Virus record (IMG/VR): IMGVR_UViG_3300017963_000003
Span: 96,001 to 160,000 of that record
Origin: a virus
Strand: one strand, 5' to 3'
Length of the DNA: 64,000 nucleotides
This document shows, piece after piece, positions 56,159-64,000 of this stretch. Position 1 is the first letter of the stretch. Each line of letters starts with the position of its first letter. Both the position numbers and the translations under genes were made by a program. The notes below the pieces were generated by a model. That model was not told the origin of the DNA, made no database searches, and was given only the letters and a program-made list of their open reading frames with translations.

Positions 56159-57100
56159 CTACTCATCGTCATCCTCCTCGCTCTCGACCATACCCTGGCG
56201 GTCCATGTACTCTGCCAGCTCAACATAGTTCTCCGCGAAAGCGCGCATCTCGGCCCGCATGCGCGCCTCTTCCTCCACCAACTCTGCCCACTTGCCCAGA
56301 TCGAGGAAGGACTCTACCGTGGTCGTGACCATCCGGTCCAGTTCCTTCGGTTCGACCGCGTCCAGCTCCCAGGACGAGTAGCCGTGCTGGGCAATGTAGT
56401 CCTTGGCCCGGGAGTCGGTGAGCTTCGCCGGATTCTCCGGAGGCTGAAGCTCCTCGATCTGCTCCCAGAGAAGAGCAAGACGTTGGAACTCCACGGGGCC
56501 ACCTGAGAACAGGCTCAGCCGCTCCTCGACGTCCCTGTCCATGTCCAAGCCCGAGGGGTCGTGGTCCCCCAGATAGAGCACCACAATGCGCTTCCTACGA
56601 AACCTGCGAAGCTTCTTCAGATCCTCACCGATGCGCCACATCGTCGACTGAGAGGAGTAGCCTTTGTTGGCGATGAAGTTGACGTCCAGGCGCTTACAGA
56701 CCGGCTCCAGCACACCCTCCAAGGCCTGCTTCTCCACTGCCACCATGACGTGGCACGGCTGCGTCTCCCACTTGTCGATACGGAACGAATTCGAAGCCGC
56801 CTGGATAATGTCGGCCGGGTCGCTCCAGTGGGGAGGCTCGACGAGCTTACGACCTCGGTCGACGATCTGCCCCCAATCCAGCAGACCCGCCATGCGACCG
56901 TCGTTGACGAGCGTACCGAGGTTCTTGTACTCACGCTGGTTGTTGGGAATAATGTCCCGGCTGACGAGCTGGTAGTAGAGCTGTCTCAGTGACAGATCGT
57001 ATCCTTGCTCGGCGTAGCTGTTCATGATGCTGTTGATCATGCCGAGCAGCTCCAGCTTATCGTCGCGGAAGTTCTTCTCGATGTATGCGATCTTCGGCAC
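56159..57100 (-). CDS. wHTH-TOPRIM protein (Topo VI-A/Spo11-like fold, phage type)
   Basis: LSLRQLYYQLVS, VAVEKQAL, NKGYSS, LYLGDHDPSG (E...DxD TOPRIM), WELDAV; GTG start. Confidence 0.8.
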   Translation of the reverse strand: MPKIAYIEKNFRDDKLELLGMINSIMNSYAEQGYDLSLRQLYYQLVSRDIIPNNQREYKNLGTLVNDGRMAGLLDWGQIVDRGRKLVEPPHWSDPADIIQAASNSFRIDKWETQPCHVMVAVEKQALEGVLEPVCKRLDVNFIANKGYSSQSTMWRIGEDLKKLRRFRRKRIVVLYLGDHDPSGLDMDRDVEERLSLFSGGPVEFQRLALLWEQIEELQPPENPAKLTDSRAKDYIAQHGYSSWELDAVEPKELDRMVTTTVESFLDLGKWAELVEEEARMRAEMRAFAENYVELAEYMDRQGMVESEEDDDE

Positions 57101-57217
57101 GTTGCCCTCCGTATGGGTGCTGGTGTCATCCAGCTTACAGACCCACCTTACCATATCAGCAGGTGGCTGTCAATATACCGGAGGTTCTTTTTTCGCGGAA
57201 AGTTTGTTCAGGTGGGA

Positions 57218-58885
57218 TTACTGCTGCGGACGCTGCGACCGGGGGACCGATCCGCTCATCTCCCCAGCGAACCGGAGGATGGCATCCGACCACCCGCCGA
57301 GGATGAACGTGCGGTCGTAGAACTCGGGCACGATGGTGTCCTGGTAACCAGCAATCTGCACCAGGTAGACCATGACGTTCGGGTTCACCTTGTTCCGGTA
57401 CTCGATGATGAGCTTCGGAACATCGATGTGATTCCCGCTGCCCGGCCACACGTACCGCATGTAGTCGGCCGAGTTGACCCCGTACAGACCACCGTGACCG
57501 GCCTGCATGTCCGAGTACACGAACACGTGGTCCCAATGCTCGCCGTTCTTGATCGCCTGGTCCCAGAACAACCAGATACCGTTCTCGGTGCCAGCGCCGA
57601 TACGCTGACCCTTCCGGTTGAGTTGCTCAGTCTGCTCGAACACCGAGGCCTTCTTACGAATCGGCATCGTCACCAGACGGTCACCGAACACTCCGGCATA
57701 CCCTTCCTCGGAAGCCATCCCAGTGATGACACCGGTCAGGTTACCGATCTCGGCCACGTGCATCGTCCCCGACGAGGAGGTCATCGAACCCCAGGCAGAG
57801 CCGCTGTTGTCGCACAGAGACATGCACCGACCCTTGAAGACCGGAACGTTCTCCAAGATCGCCACCTCCAGACACTCCTCGACGGCGTCCAGGAGCAACG
57901 GAGACGGGTTCTCCGCCTTCAGGGCATTGTAGGCCGCGAAGTACCGGAACGGCAGCTGACGTCCCTCAGGGGCACCGTCGACGAGCTTGCCCACGAACTC
58001 CTTGGGGTCCACGCCGGCCTGAGTCAGGTTCCGCAGGTTCCGCAACAGCGCCATGTGGCCCATCTTCTCGATGGACTCACGCCACGCAGCCTTGGTCGAC
58101 CCCTTCTCCGAGATCAACGCCTCCCAGGTATCACCGGTCACCTTCAGCTCACCCTTGGAGAGCTTCGACACCGCATCCGACGCCGGATGGCAGATGTTGA
58201 CGACGTCCACGAGCTTCACCTCGCGAGACTCCATCCGGTACTTGGCCAGCTGGTACTCGCTGAACCCTTCCAGGACGAGCTTCCACGCCTTCTTGAGCGC
58301 GTTCGGAATCCGCTGTCGTCCGTACTTCTGGATCTGGTAGGCCAGTTGCACAGCCGGTTCATCCGCTCGCACCATGACCTGCTGGGCGTACTTGCGCACC
58401 AATCCCGTACCCTTGACCGACGGGTGATGGGCCGCGCGGACCATGATCACCTGCGGGGTCGTACGGATGTTGTACGTGCGCCCCCGCAGCTCAACCGCCA
58501 GCTGGAGAGTCCCCTCGGGGTCGTGCCCCAGGGCCGCGTCGATGGCGGACTCCATCAGCTCGGCCGGCTCCATGCCCCTCCACTCCCGAGGGTCTTTGGC
58601 GTCCAAGGTCTCCCGGAGATGCTGCAACTGGCGGTTGTCGAGGCGGCACCACCTGTCCATCGTCATCACGTTCTTGCGCCGCCTCGTCTGATCCCCGTGG
58701 TAGTACATCGGCTCACCGAAGAAGCACGAGGCCGCAGCCATCCGCAGCTGGTCGAGGGGGTTGTCCACGGAGTAGGAGCGCCCGCCCATCCAGTTCAGAT
58801 GCGCGTTCTCCGCTGCGTACTCTTCGTGTTCTCGTCGTTGCCGTCGATGCTTGACCGACGCCGTCGCAGTTCGATTGATGCCCAT
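57218..58885 (-). CDS. rsr: Ro60/Rsr-like TROVE + vWA RNA-binding protein
   Basis: FFGEPMYY, LAVELR, RADEP, YQLAKY, TWEALIS, MALLRNLRNL, QLPFRYFAAY, vWA MIDAS CDNSGS, VYSDMQ. Confidence 0.9.
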   Translation of the reverse strand: MGINRTATASVKHRRQRREHEEYAAENAHLNWMGGRSYSVDNPLDQLRMAAASCFFGEPMYYHGDQTRRRKNVMTMDRWCRLDNRQLQHLRETLDAKDPREWRGMEPAELMESAIDAALGHDPEGTLQLAVELRGRTYNIRTTPQVIMVRAAHHPSVKGTGLVRKYAQQVMVRADEPAVQLAYQIQKYGRQRIPNALKKAWKLVLEGFSEYQLAKYRMESREVKLVDVVNICHPASDAVSKLSKGELKVTGDTWEALISEKGSTKAAWRESIEKMGHMALLRNLRNLTQAGVDPKEFVGKLVDGAPEGRQLPFRYFAAYNALKAENPSPLLLDAVEECLEVAILENVPVFKGRCMSLCDNSGSAWGSMTSSSGTMHVAEIGNLTGVITGMASEEGYAGVFGDRLVTMPIRKKASVFEQTEQLNRKGQRIGAGTENGIWLFWDQAIKNGEHWDHVFVYSDMQAGHGGLYGVNSADYMRYVWPGSGNHIDVPKLIIEYRNKVNPNVMVYLVQIAGYQDTIVPEFYDRTFILGGWSDAILRFAGEMSGSVPRSQRPQQ

Positions 58886-58939
58886 TAGGATACCTCACCT
58901 CGAACGGCAGAGCGTTCACTGCTGCCGTGATAACAAAAA

Positions 58940-59008
58940 GCAGGGAGAATAACGGGACGGTGTTGGCCAGAGTGATAGTCTGAAGGAACCGTCCGATCAC
59001 TACCCTGC
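58940..59008 (-). ncRNA. Short Y-like RNA
   Basis: GCAGGGTAGTGATCGGACGGT...ACCGTCCCGTTATTCTCCCTGC; paired ends with the AGTGA/TTCT internal-loop motif. Confidence 0.65.
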
Positions 59009-59022
59009 GCTACTCGTAAAAA

Positions 59023-59164
59023 ACGCGAAGAGAATTAGCGGAAGGGTGTCTTTACCACCGATGCTCTGTCCGCTGAGCTACTTCCCTCCAGCTAGGGAAG
59101 GCGGGATTTGAACCCACGACCCTCGGTCCCTTGAGAAGTATCCCTACCTGTCACTGCTTCGCGT
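59023..59164 (-). ncRNA. YrlA-like Y RNA (tRNA mimic)
   Basis: ACGCGAAGCAGTGACAGGTAGGGATACTTC...GGTTCAAATCC (T arm)-CTTCCCT/AGGGAAG closed acceptor-TAGCTCAGCGGACAGAGC (D arm)...TTCTCTTCGCGT. Confidence 0.85.
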
Positions 59165-59252
59165 ACAGTCTCATACCAGTTTGCCCTCCGTAAAAGATGC
59201 CCGGCGGGGCGTCACCCTATCGAGCTGTCAAGCAGCACCGGGCAAAAAAAAA

Positions 59253-59323
59253 TTGGGGAGCAAAAAACGCGACGGGGGTCTTTCGTCCATTGAATGAAGT
59301 ACCCGCCACTGTCACTTCCCCAA
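59253..59323 (-). ncRNA. Short Y-like RNA (YrlB-like)
   Basis: TTGGGGAAGTGACAGTGGCGGGTACTTC...CCCCCGTCGCGTTTTTTGCTCCCCAA. Confidence 0.7.
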
Positions 59324-59359
59324 ACTCACAAACCACCCGCTTGGTTCCTTGAAAAGTGC

Positions 59360-59500
59360 CTCACCGGAGAAAAGTCGACAGGGAAACGTTAGCGCTCTTT
59401 CCAACTGAGCTACACCCCGACTGACGTCGGGGTGACAGGACTCGAACCTGCGACCTCTCACTTAGCAAGTGGAGTAGCCCTACCTGTCACTACCCGTGAG
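59360..59500 (-). ncRNA. YrlA-like Y RNA (tRNA mimic)
   Basis: CTCACGGGTAGTGACAGGTAGGGCTACTCC...GGTTCGAGTCC-CACCCCGAC(GTCA)GTCGGGGTG-TAGCTCAGTTGGAAAGAGC...TTTTCTCCGGTGAG. Confidence 0.88.
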
Positions 59501-59504
59501 CCAC

Positions 59505-59562
59505 TTTTCAAAGAACCAAGCTTCGAGGTTCCCACCTTAGCAGAGGAGAATGAGGCTGTCAA
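59505..59562 (-). promoter_or_regulatory. Promoter and boxA of the Y RNA-rsr operon
   Basis: Minus strand TTGACA-17nt-TAAGGT (59562-59534), then GTTCTTTGAAAA (59516-59505). Confidence 0.7.
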
Positions 59563-59631
59563 TAGAAAAAAGGAGGCTTCGGATAAAAGAAGGCTCACCA
59601 AAGACGTCTTTAGACGTCGTATACGTAGAGG

Positions 59632-60240
59632 CTAGAGGATACCCTTCCGGCGAGCTTCGGCCAGAACGCGCTCCCCCAGCTCACGAGGATACATCTCACC
59701 GATGTTGAGCACGATGTCCACCGTCTCGTAACCGCAGCCCTTCATGTCCTGGATGGCCGTGATGACGTCCACGTAGCCTTCCTGGCCGATACGCAACCCT
59801 GCCGTCTCCTCAGAGAGCCTCATAGGCCCCTCAAGCGGCGAGAGCACCCGGAACTCCCCAGGGTCCATGTCCATCTGAATGTCGGCCTTCCTGGCCGTCG
59901 TGGGCGGCTGGAGGCTGTACGTCGAGGCAAGCTCGGCGTCTTCGACCGTGGTCACGTTCTCCGGAACCTGGGCACCTTGTTGATCCGCTGGCATGACGAC
60001 CTTGGACGTAGTGTCGTCGGGGTTCCCCACGACCAACCACTCGTCACCCTCCTGATCGTAGACCGGCTGACCCTGTTGAAGCTGCGTGGGGTCGAGCGCC
60101 TGTCCAGTACCAGGATCGGTCATCTCCTGCGCGTACCTGGACGCCAACTCCTCGAAGAGAGAGTAGTCCACGGTGCGCGCACGGCGACACAGGGAGCGGG
60201 CAATACGGGACGGTGTGGCGTGCAGTTCCATGCCGGACAT
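59632..60240 (-). CDS. Hypothetical protein
   Basis: 202-aa ORF. Confidence 0.55.
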   Translation of the reverse strand: MSGMELHATPSRIARSLCRRARTVDYSLFEELASRYAQEMTDPGTGQALDPTQLQQGQPVYDQEGDEWLVVGNPDDTTSKVVMPADQQGAQVPENVTTVEDAELASTYSLQPPTTARKADIQMDMDPGEFRVLSPLEGPMRLSEETAGLRIGQEGYVDVITAIQDMKGCGYETVDIVLNIGEMYPRELGERVLAEARRKGIL

Positions 60241-60276
60241 TCTACACCAGGGATGCTCGGAATTCTAAAATTGAGG

Positions 60277-61164
60277 TCAGATCTCCTCAGCCGTGGCACC
60301 CATCCGACGTGCATGAGAAGTTACCTTCTTGTCGTACTGCGGGGAATGCCTCCCTGGCCAGTACGCCCACGGTCGATCCGTACTGTGCCACCTCTCGCGA
60401 TCCGCCATGTGCTTGACCTGCCAGTAGAAACCCTCCCAGGTCAGCAGATCCTCACGCGACCCCTCCACCCTGGCGTCCTTGCAGTCCGCCAGGTAGTAGA
60501 TATCGAGGGTCTGCAAGAGTCCAAGATCGAACGCACGGAAGTTCGCCTGGAGCTTTGGATCAGCCAACGCCTTCACCACGTCTTTGTAGGTGTGCGAGAT
60601 GGTCAGCTTCGAAGACTTGAGGATCGGCTTACCGCTCTTGGACGTGAGCCGATAGGCGGCCTGCCGAGGATGGAGACCAAACGCACACAGATCGAACGCT
60701 GACTCGTTGGCCATAGTGCCGAAGACACCCCACGGGTTGGTGCGCATCTTCTGCTTCTCTCGATCCCACGTAGCGTTGACGATGTGGAAAGCAACCTTAC
60801 TCGACAGCTCGCGCGCCTCTTCCCCAACGTAGGGTAGCCCACAGAAGTAGTACGGGCGGTTTCCTCTGGCGGTCTTCCACTTCCAGATGCCGTCGGCCAT
60901 CCTGCCTATCAGGCGCAGTTGATCCTTCGACGGGAACTCCGGGACCGTCGGCTCCGCACAAACCGGGAAAGGGTCGGGAACCTCCAAACCTGCCCACTCG
61001 TCGAGAGTGCGACGTTCCTCTGGAGTCTCGGTAGTCGACTCGACGATCTTCTCGGGTGTACTCGTGGTATGGGACTCTTGAGGTCCGGAACTAGCCGCAG
61101 CAGCTACGAGAGCCACAAGCAGCATGATACCAAAAATCAAAGTTATTTCAGTTGCTTGACGCAT
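60277..61164 (-). CDS. Membrane-anchored lysozyme/lytic-transglycosylase-like protein
   Basis: N-terminal TM helix; TMANESAFD and DLGLLQ resemble SLT motifs I and II (inference). Confidence 0.45.
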   Translation of the reverse strand: MRQATEITLIFGIMLLVALVAAAASSGPQESHTTSTPEKIVESTTETPEERRTLDEWAGLEVPDPFPVCAEPTVPEFPSKDQLRLIGRMADGIWKWKTARGNRPYYFCGLPYVGEEARELSSKVAFHIVNATWDREKQKMRTNPWGVFGTMANESAFDLCAFGLHPRQAAYRLTSKSGKPILKSSKLTISHTYKDVVKALADPKLQANFRAFDLGLLQTLDIYYLADCKDARVEGSREDLLTWEGFYWQVKHMADRERWHSTDRPWAYWPGRHSPQYDKKVTSHARRMGATAEEI

Positions 61165-61265
61165 GAAAACACCTCCATCCTCATAAACGAGTAACCATCC
61201 TACAGGACAGAACCGTAGGAATCCTAAAGCTGGGATCTCCCCAATATAGGCGCAATGGCTCCGTA

Positions 61266-61901
61266 CTACCCAAAGAACTGTTCGTACTGGTCCTCGTACA
61301 ACGCCGGCATCTTCTCGTAGAACTTCTGTAGTACCTGCAACATGACGCCCCGGATGATGGGGTGCGCCGGAGTGTCGCAGCGCATCTTGAAGATGTGCCT
61401 CCACTCTCTGAGGTTGGCGCCGATGACGATCTCCGACTTGAGCCCGATAGGCAGCACCGACCGTGCGTGTTCGGACTTCACGCCAAAGCTGAGAAGCGCA
61501 AGGTAGTCCTTCTCGGCCCGCTCCATCATGGACTCCCAGACCCCCTGGTGCACTTCGGGGATTCCGGGCTGCCTGATGACCGTGATCTCACCCCCGAACT
61601 TCCCCTTGCCGTAGTTGCAATACCGCGTGCTCTCCTGGGCGAAGCTTGCCAGACGGTGCCGCACCAGCTCATGAGTCAGCCCCCGGTCGGCAATGATGCG
61701 TGCCGTGGCGTAGCCAAACTCCAGCATCGCATGGTGCCCAAGATCGCAGATCATGCGCACGAACTTGTCCGCAGACTCCTCAGTGATCCGGTCTTCTGAC
61801 TTGTAGCAAGTGCGGCCAGCGGCCTCGATACACTGCTCAGGAGTCTTGCCGTCCTCGGCTTCGAAGAAGGTCACCTCTACCGAAGGGTTCACGATTTGCA
61901 T
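61266..61901 (-). CDS. thyX: FAD-dependent thymidylate synthase
   Basis: GHHAMLEF, RGLTHELVRHRLASFAQESTRY, NLREWRHIFKMR. Confidence 0.95.
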   Translation of the reverse strand: MQIVNPSVEVTFFEAEDGKTPEQCIEAAGRTCYKSEDRITEESADKFVRMICDLGHHAMLEFGYATARIIADRGLTHELVRHRLASFAQESTRYCNYGKGKFGGEITVIRQPGIPEVHQGVWESMMERAEKDYLALLSFGVKSEHARSVLPIGLKSEIVIGANLREWRHIFKMRCDTPAHPIIRGVMLQVLQKFYEKMPALYEDQYEQFFG

Positions 61902-62611
61902 GAGCACTCCTTGTCCAGCTGAAGAGCAACGTCGATGCCGTGTCCGAACTCCTCCACCACAGTCTGGACGTTGCGTTTCTTGACCGACGTGTTGTCGACC
62001 CAATAGAACCGGGTGCCCAGACCCTTGAGCTGCTCCCCTAGCCAGAAGAAGCAGGCGTACTCGGTGTAGTCGGTCCCGATGCCGTCGAAAGAGATACGAC
62101 GGACAAACGTCGCGATCTCGTGAGGGGGTCGGTTGCGCCAGAGATGCATTCGCTTCTCCGACCCTACCACCTGGAGACGCAACAGGAAGACCATGACTCC
62201 CCAAGGGTCCAGCAACTCCAGGCTCTTCGTGATGAAGCTCTCGGCAACCGAAAACGGTGGGTTGGTCGCGATGAGGTCGAACTTCCCCCGAGAGTTAGAG
62301 AACGGCGCCAACTCCTCATCCGTGAGTGTCATGAAGTCCCTGCCATACCAGAGCAGAGGGAGCTTTCCGGTCTCGCCCTCACCGGACAACTCCACACCGA
62401 GAGCTTGCTTGAACGGATGCTGCTCCACAGCGGAATGCAGGAACGGCGCTCCTCCCCCGCAACCGGGTTCGAGAACGTACATGGGTGGATTGTGCCCCGT
62501 GCAGCTGCGCGCAGCTTCAGACATCGCCAAGGCGCGCTTCACGGCCCAGTCAGAGTACAGCTTCGGGGTGGGGTAGTGGTCGCGACCACCACGCGCAGGG
62601 TTCTGTGCCAT
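61889..62611 (-). CDS. Amino-group (N6-adenine type) DNA methyltransferase
   Basis: DHYPTP, VLEPGCGGG (motif I), IATNPPF (motif IV), FLLRL. Confidence 0.85.
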   Translation of the reverse strand: MAQNPARGGRDHYPTPKLYSDWAVKRALAMSEAARSCTGHNPPMYVLEPGCGGGAPFLHSAVEQHPFKQALGVELSGEGETGKLPLLWYGRDFMTLTDEELAPFSNSRGKFDLIATNPPFSVAESFITKSLELLDPWGVMVFLLRLQVVGSEKRMHLWRNRPPHEIATFVRRISFDGIGTDYTEYACFFWLGEQLKGLGTRFYWVDNTSVKKRNVQTVVEEFGHGIDVALQLDKECSCKS

Positions 62612-62780
62612 AGTTTCAACCTCCTGCTCTTAATATACAAGAAAAGGTAGGAGTCATCGGTACCAAGGAAGGGTTCACCGCAACGTACGGAGGGCAGTCC
62701 GTTGAGGGCCAGACCGGATGACTAGGCCGGTCCTTTGGAATGGCAGGGTGAACCCCTCCTTGGTACCGATGATTAGAGAC

Positions 62781-63389
62781 CTACTCGCAGTAGTCGTCGC
62801 CGGGAGCCTGCACGCACGCGTCCTCGCCACACGGAGAAAAATCAAGAGAGTAGAAGCACTCTCCGGGTGTCCCCGTGTAGGAGCCTGAAACATCACAAAG
62901 CCCCTCCTCGGCGTAAGTCACCAGGGTATCCGGACCCATTGTGCCCTCCCATTCTGTACCTTGGGCGCAGAAATCATCCGGGGGATCATCGCAGACTACC
63001 TCATCGCACGGAGTCTCCTTACAATAAGCGTCGGTGTCTTCCAGAGGTACGCACTCGAAACCACAGTCCAAGATGTCGAACTCGTACGTGCACTGACCGT
63101 CCGAACACACGGCGTCTCCGGTGTAGTGGATCAAGGTCTCGCTACCCTCGCACACATCAAGTGGAGGGTCCAGACAGTCCTCGATACTCGAACACGACTG
63201 GTCGTCTTCAGTGCCGGTGTCGTCGTCGGTATCGGCACCCCCGTCACCGTCAACCCCTCCGTCGCCGTCATCTGTATCGTCGGTGTCGTCGACGTCATCC
63301 GTATCGTCGAAACCGTCGCCGGAACCACCGACCTTTTCCGCGCACGCACCAGTGCACAAAAGAATCAAGAACAGAAACAAAACTCGCAT
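62781..63389 (-). CDS. Asp-rich, Cys-rich lipoprotein
   Basis: Signal peptide ending LCTGAC, a DTD-rich linker, then two Cys-rich repeats (CLDPPLDVC / CDDPPDDFC). Confidence 0.7.
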   Translation of the reverse strand: MRVLFLFLILLCTGACAEKVGGSGDGFDDTDDVDDTDDTDDGDGGVDGDGGADTDDDTGTEDDQSCSSIEDCLDPPLDVCEGSETLIHYTGDAVCSDGQCTYEFDILDCGFECVPLEDTDAYCKETPCDEVVCDDPPDDFCAQGTEWEGTMGPDTLVTYAEEGLCDVSGSYTGTPGECFYSLDFSPCGEDACVQAPGDDYCE

Positions 63390-63458
63390 AGCTTACCCTC
63401 CGTTGTTAGAGCCAGGCGTCAACTGACTCTCAATATATACCACAGCCTCCCCCAGCTG

Positions 63459-63872
63459 TCAACCCTCTTCTTCCCAGAAGAACTCCGAAACATCCGGCCT
63501 GGCGATGGAAGTGACCACGTCCCGGTCCCCGACGGGTTCGGTGACGTCGGCACCAGGCTCCTCCACCGGAGGAGTGTAGTCGAGCGTACGAGGCGGCGCT
63601 GCCGGACCCTCCTCGAAGAGAACCCGGCTCGGTGTCGTTGCCGGCGTCCCCAGCTCCGAAGTCCCCGCCAGGGCAGCAGCGATCTCAGGCATCAAGGTAG
63701 CCTGGGCGTACTCCTGAGCGGTCTGTTCGGCAGCGGTGAGGTCGGACTCCGGGACCTCGGCCTCGAAGTACAATCCCACCTCGAAGACCTCCATGCGGAT
63801 CACCTGACCCTCGGCATTCGTGACCTTGACTCCGACTGCGATGTTACGCCCCACGGGCGGTGTATCTGACAT
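63459..63872 (-). CDS. Acidic hypothetical protein
   Basis: 137-aa ORF with RBS. Confidence 0.55.
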   Translation of the reverse strand: MSDTPPVGRNIAVGVKVTNAEGQVIRMEVFEVGLYFEAEVPESDLTAAEQTAQEYAQATLMPEIAAALAGTSELGTPATTPSRVLFEEGPAAPPRTLDYTPPVEEPGADVTEPVGDRDVVTSIARPDVSEFFWEEEG

Positions 63873-64000
63873 CAGATGGCTCCTTTCTCGTCGCGGCCGA
63901 TCATATCACAAGCCTTGTGGATCTCCCTTAACTTCCGGAACTTGTCTTCGGAGTCCAGACATCCTCGACAACGCTGGGCCACCGGCATCCCCTTGAGGAC

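Noticed and set aside
57005-58888. 627-aa plus-strand ORF
   Set aside because: Shadow of the Ro60/TROVE gene.
59023-59500. Two extra tRNA genes
   Set aside because: T arm precedes D arm, the acceptor stem is closed by a loop, and there is no anticodon arm: this is Y RNA architecture, not tRNA.

Overview
This window is a GC-rich segment of a large (probably jumbo) bacteriophage genome. That call is inferred from a 14-tRNA cluster, thyX/tmk, a collagen-like fibre gene, dozens of small orphan ORFs and the absence of host core genes. No capsid or terminase gene lies in the window. An Asp-rich/Cys-rich lipoprotein hints at a Myxococcota/deltaproteobacterial host. Three features stand out. (1) A stand-alone type V-M (Cas12m/V-U1)-like effector with an apparently intact RuvC D-E-D triad sits next to an 18-repeat CRISPR array, with no cas1/2/4 in the window (29.3-32.7 kb). 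(2) A Ro60/TROVE gene is preceded by an array of at least four Y-RNA-like genes, two of them circularly permuted tRNA mimics (57.2-59.6 kb). (3) An early-gene region of about 21 kb (34.5-55 kb) is built from about 15 self-contained promoter+RBS+ORF cassettes. These cassettes share a TGTCA-N9-TGACA palindrome over the -35 box, and in the leftward arm the stop codons abut the next repeat. A non-coding stretch at 32.7-34.8 kb (11-bp tandem repeats, AT-rich tract, nested palindromes) is a candidate origin or genome end. All protein family calls come from motif recognition, not database searches.
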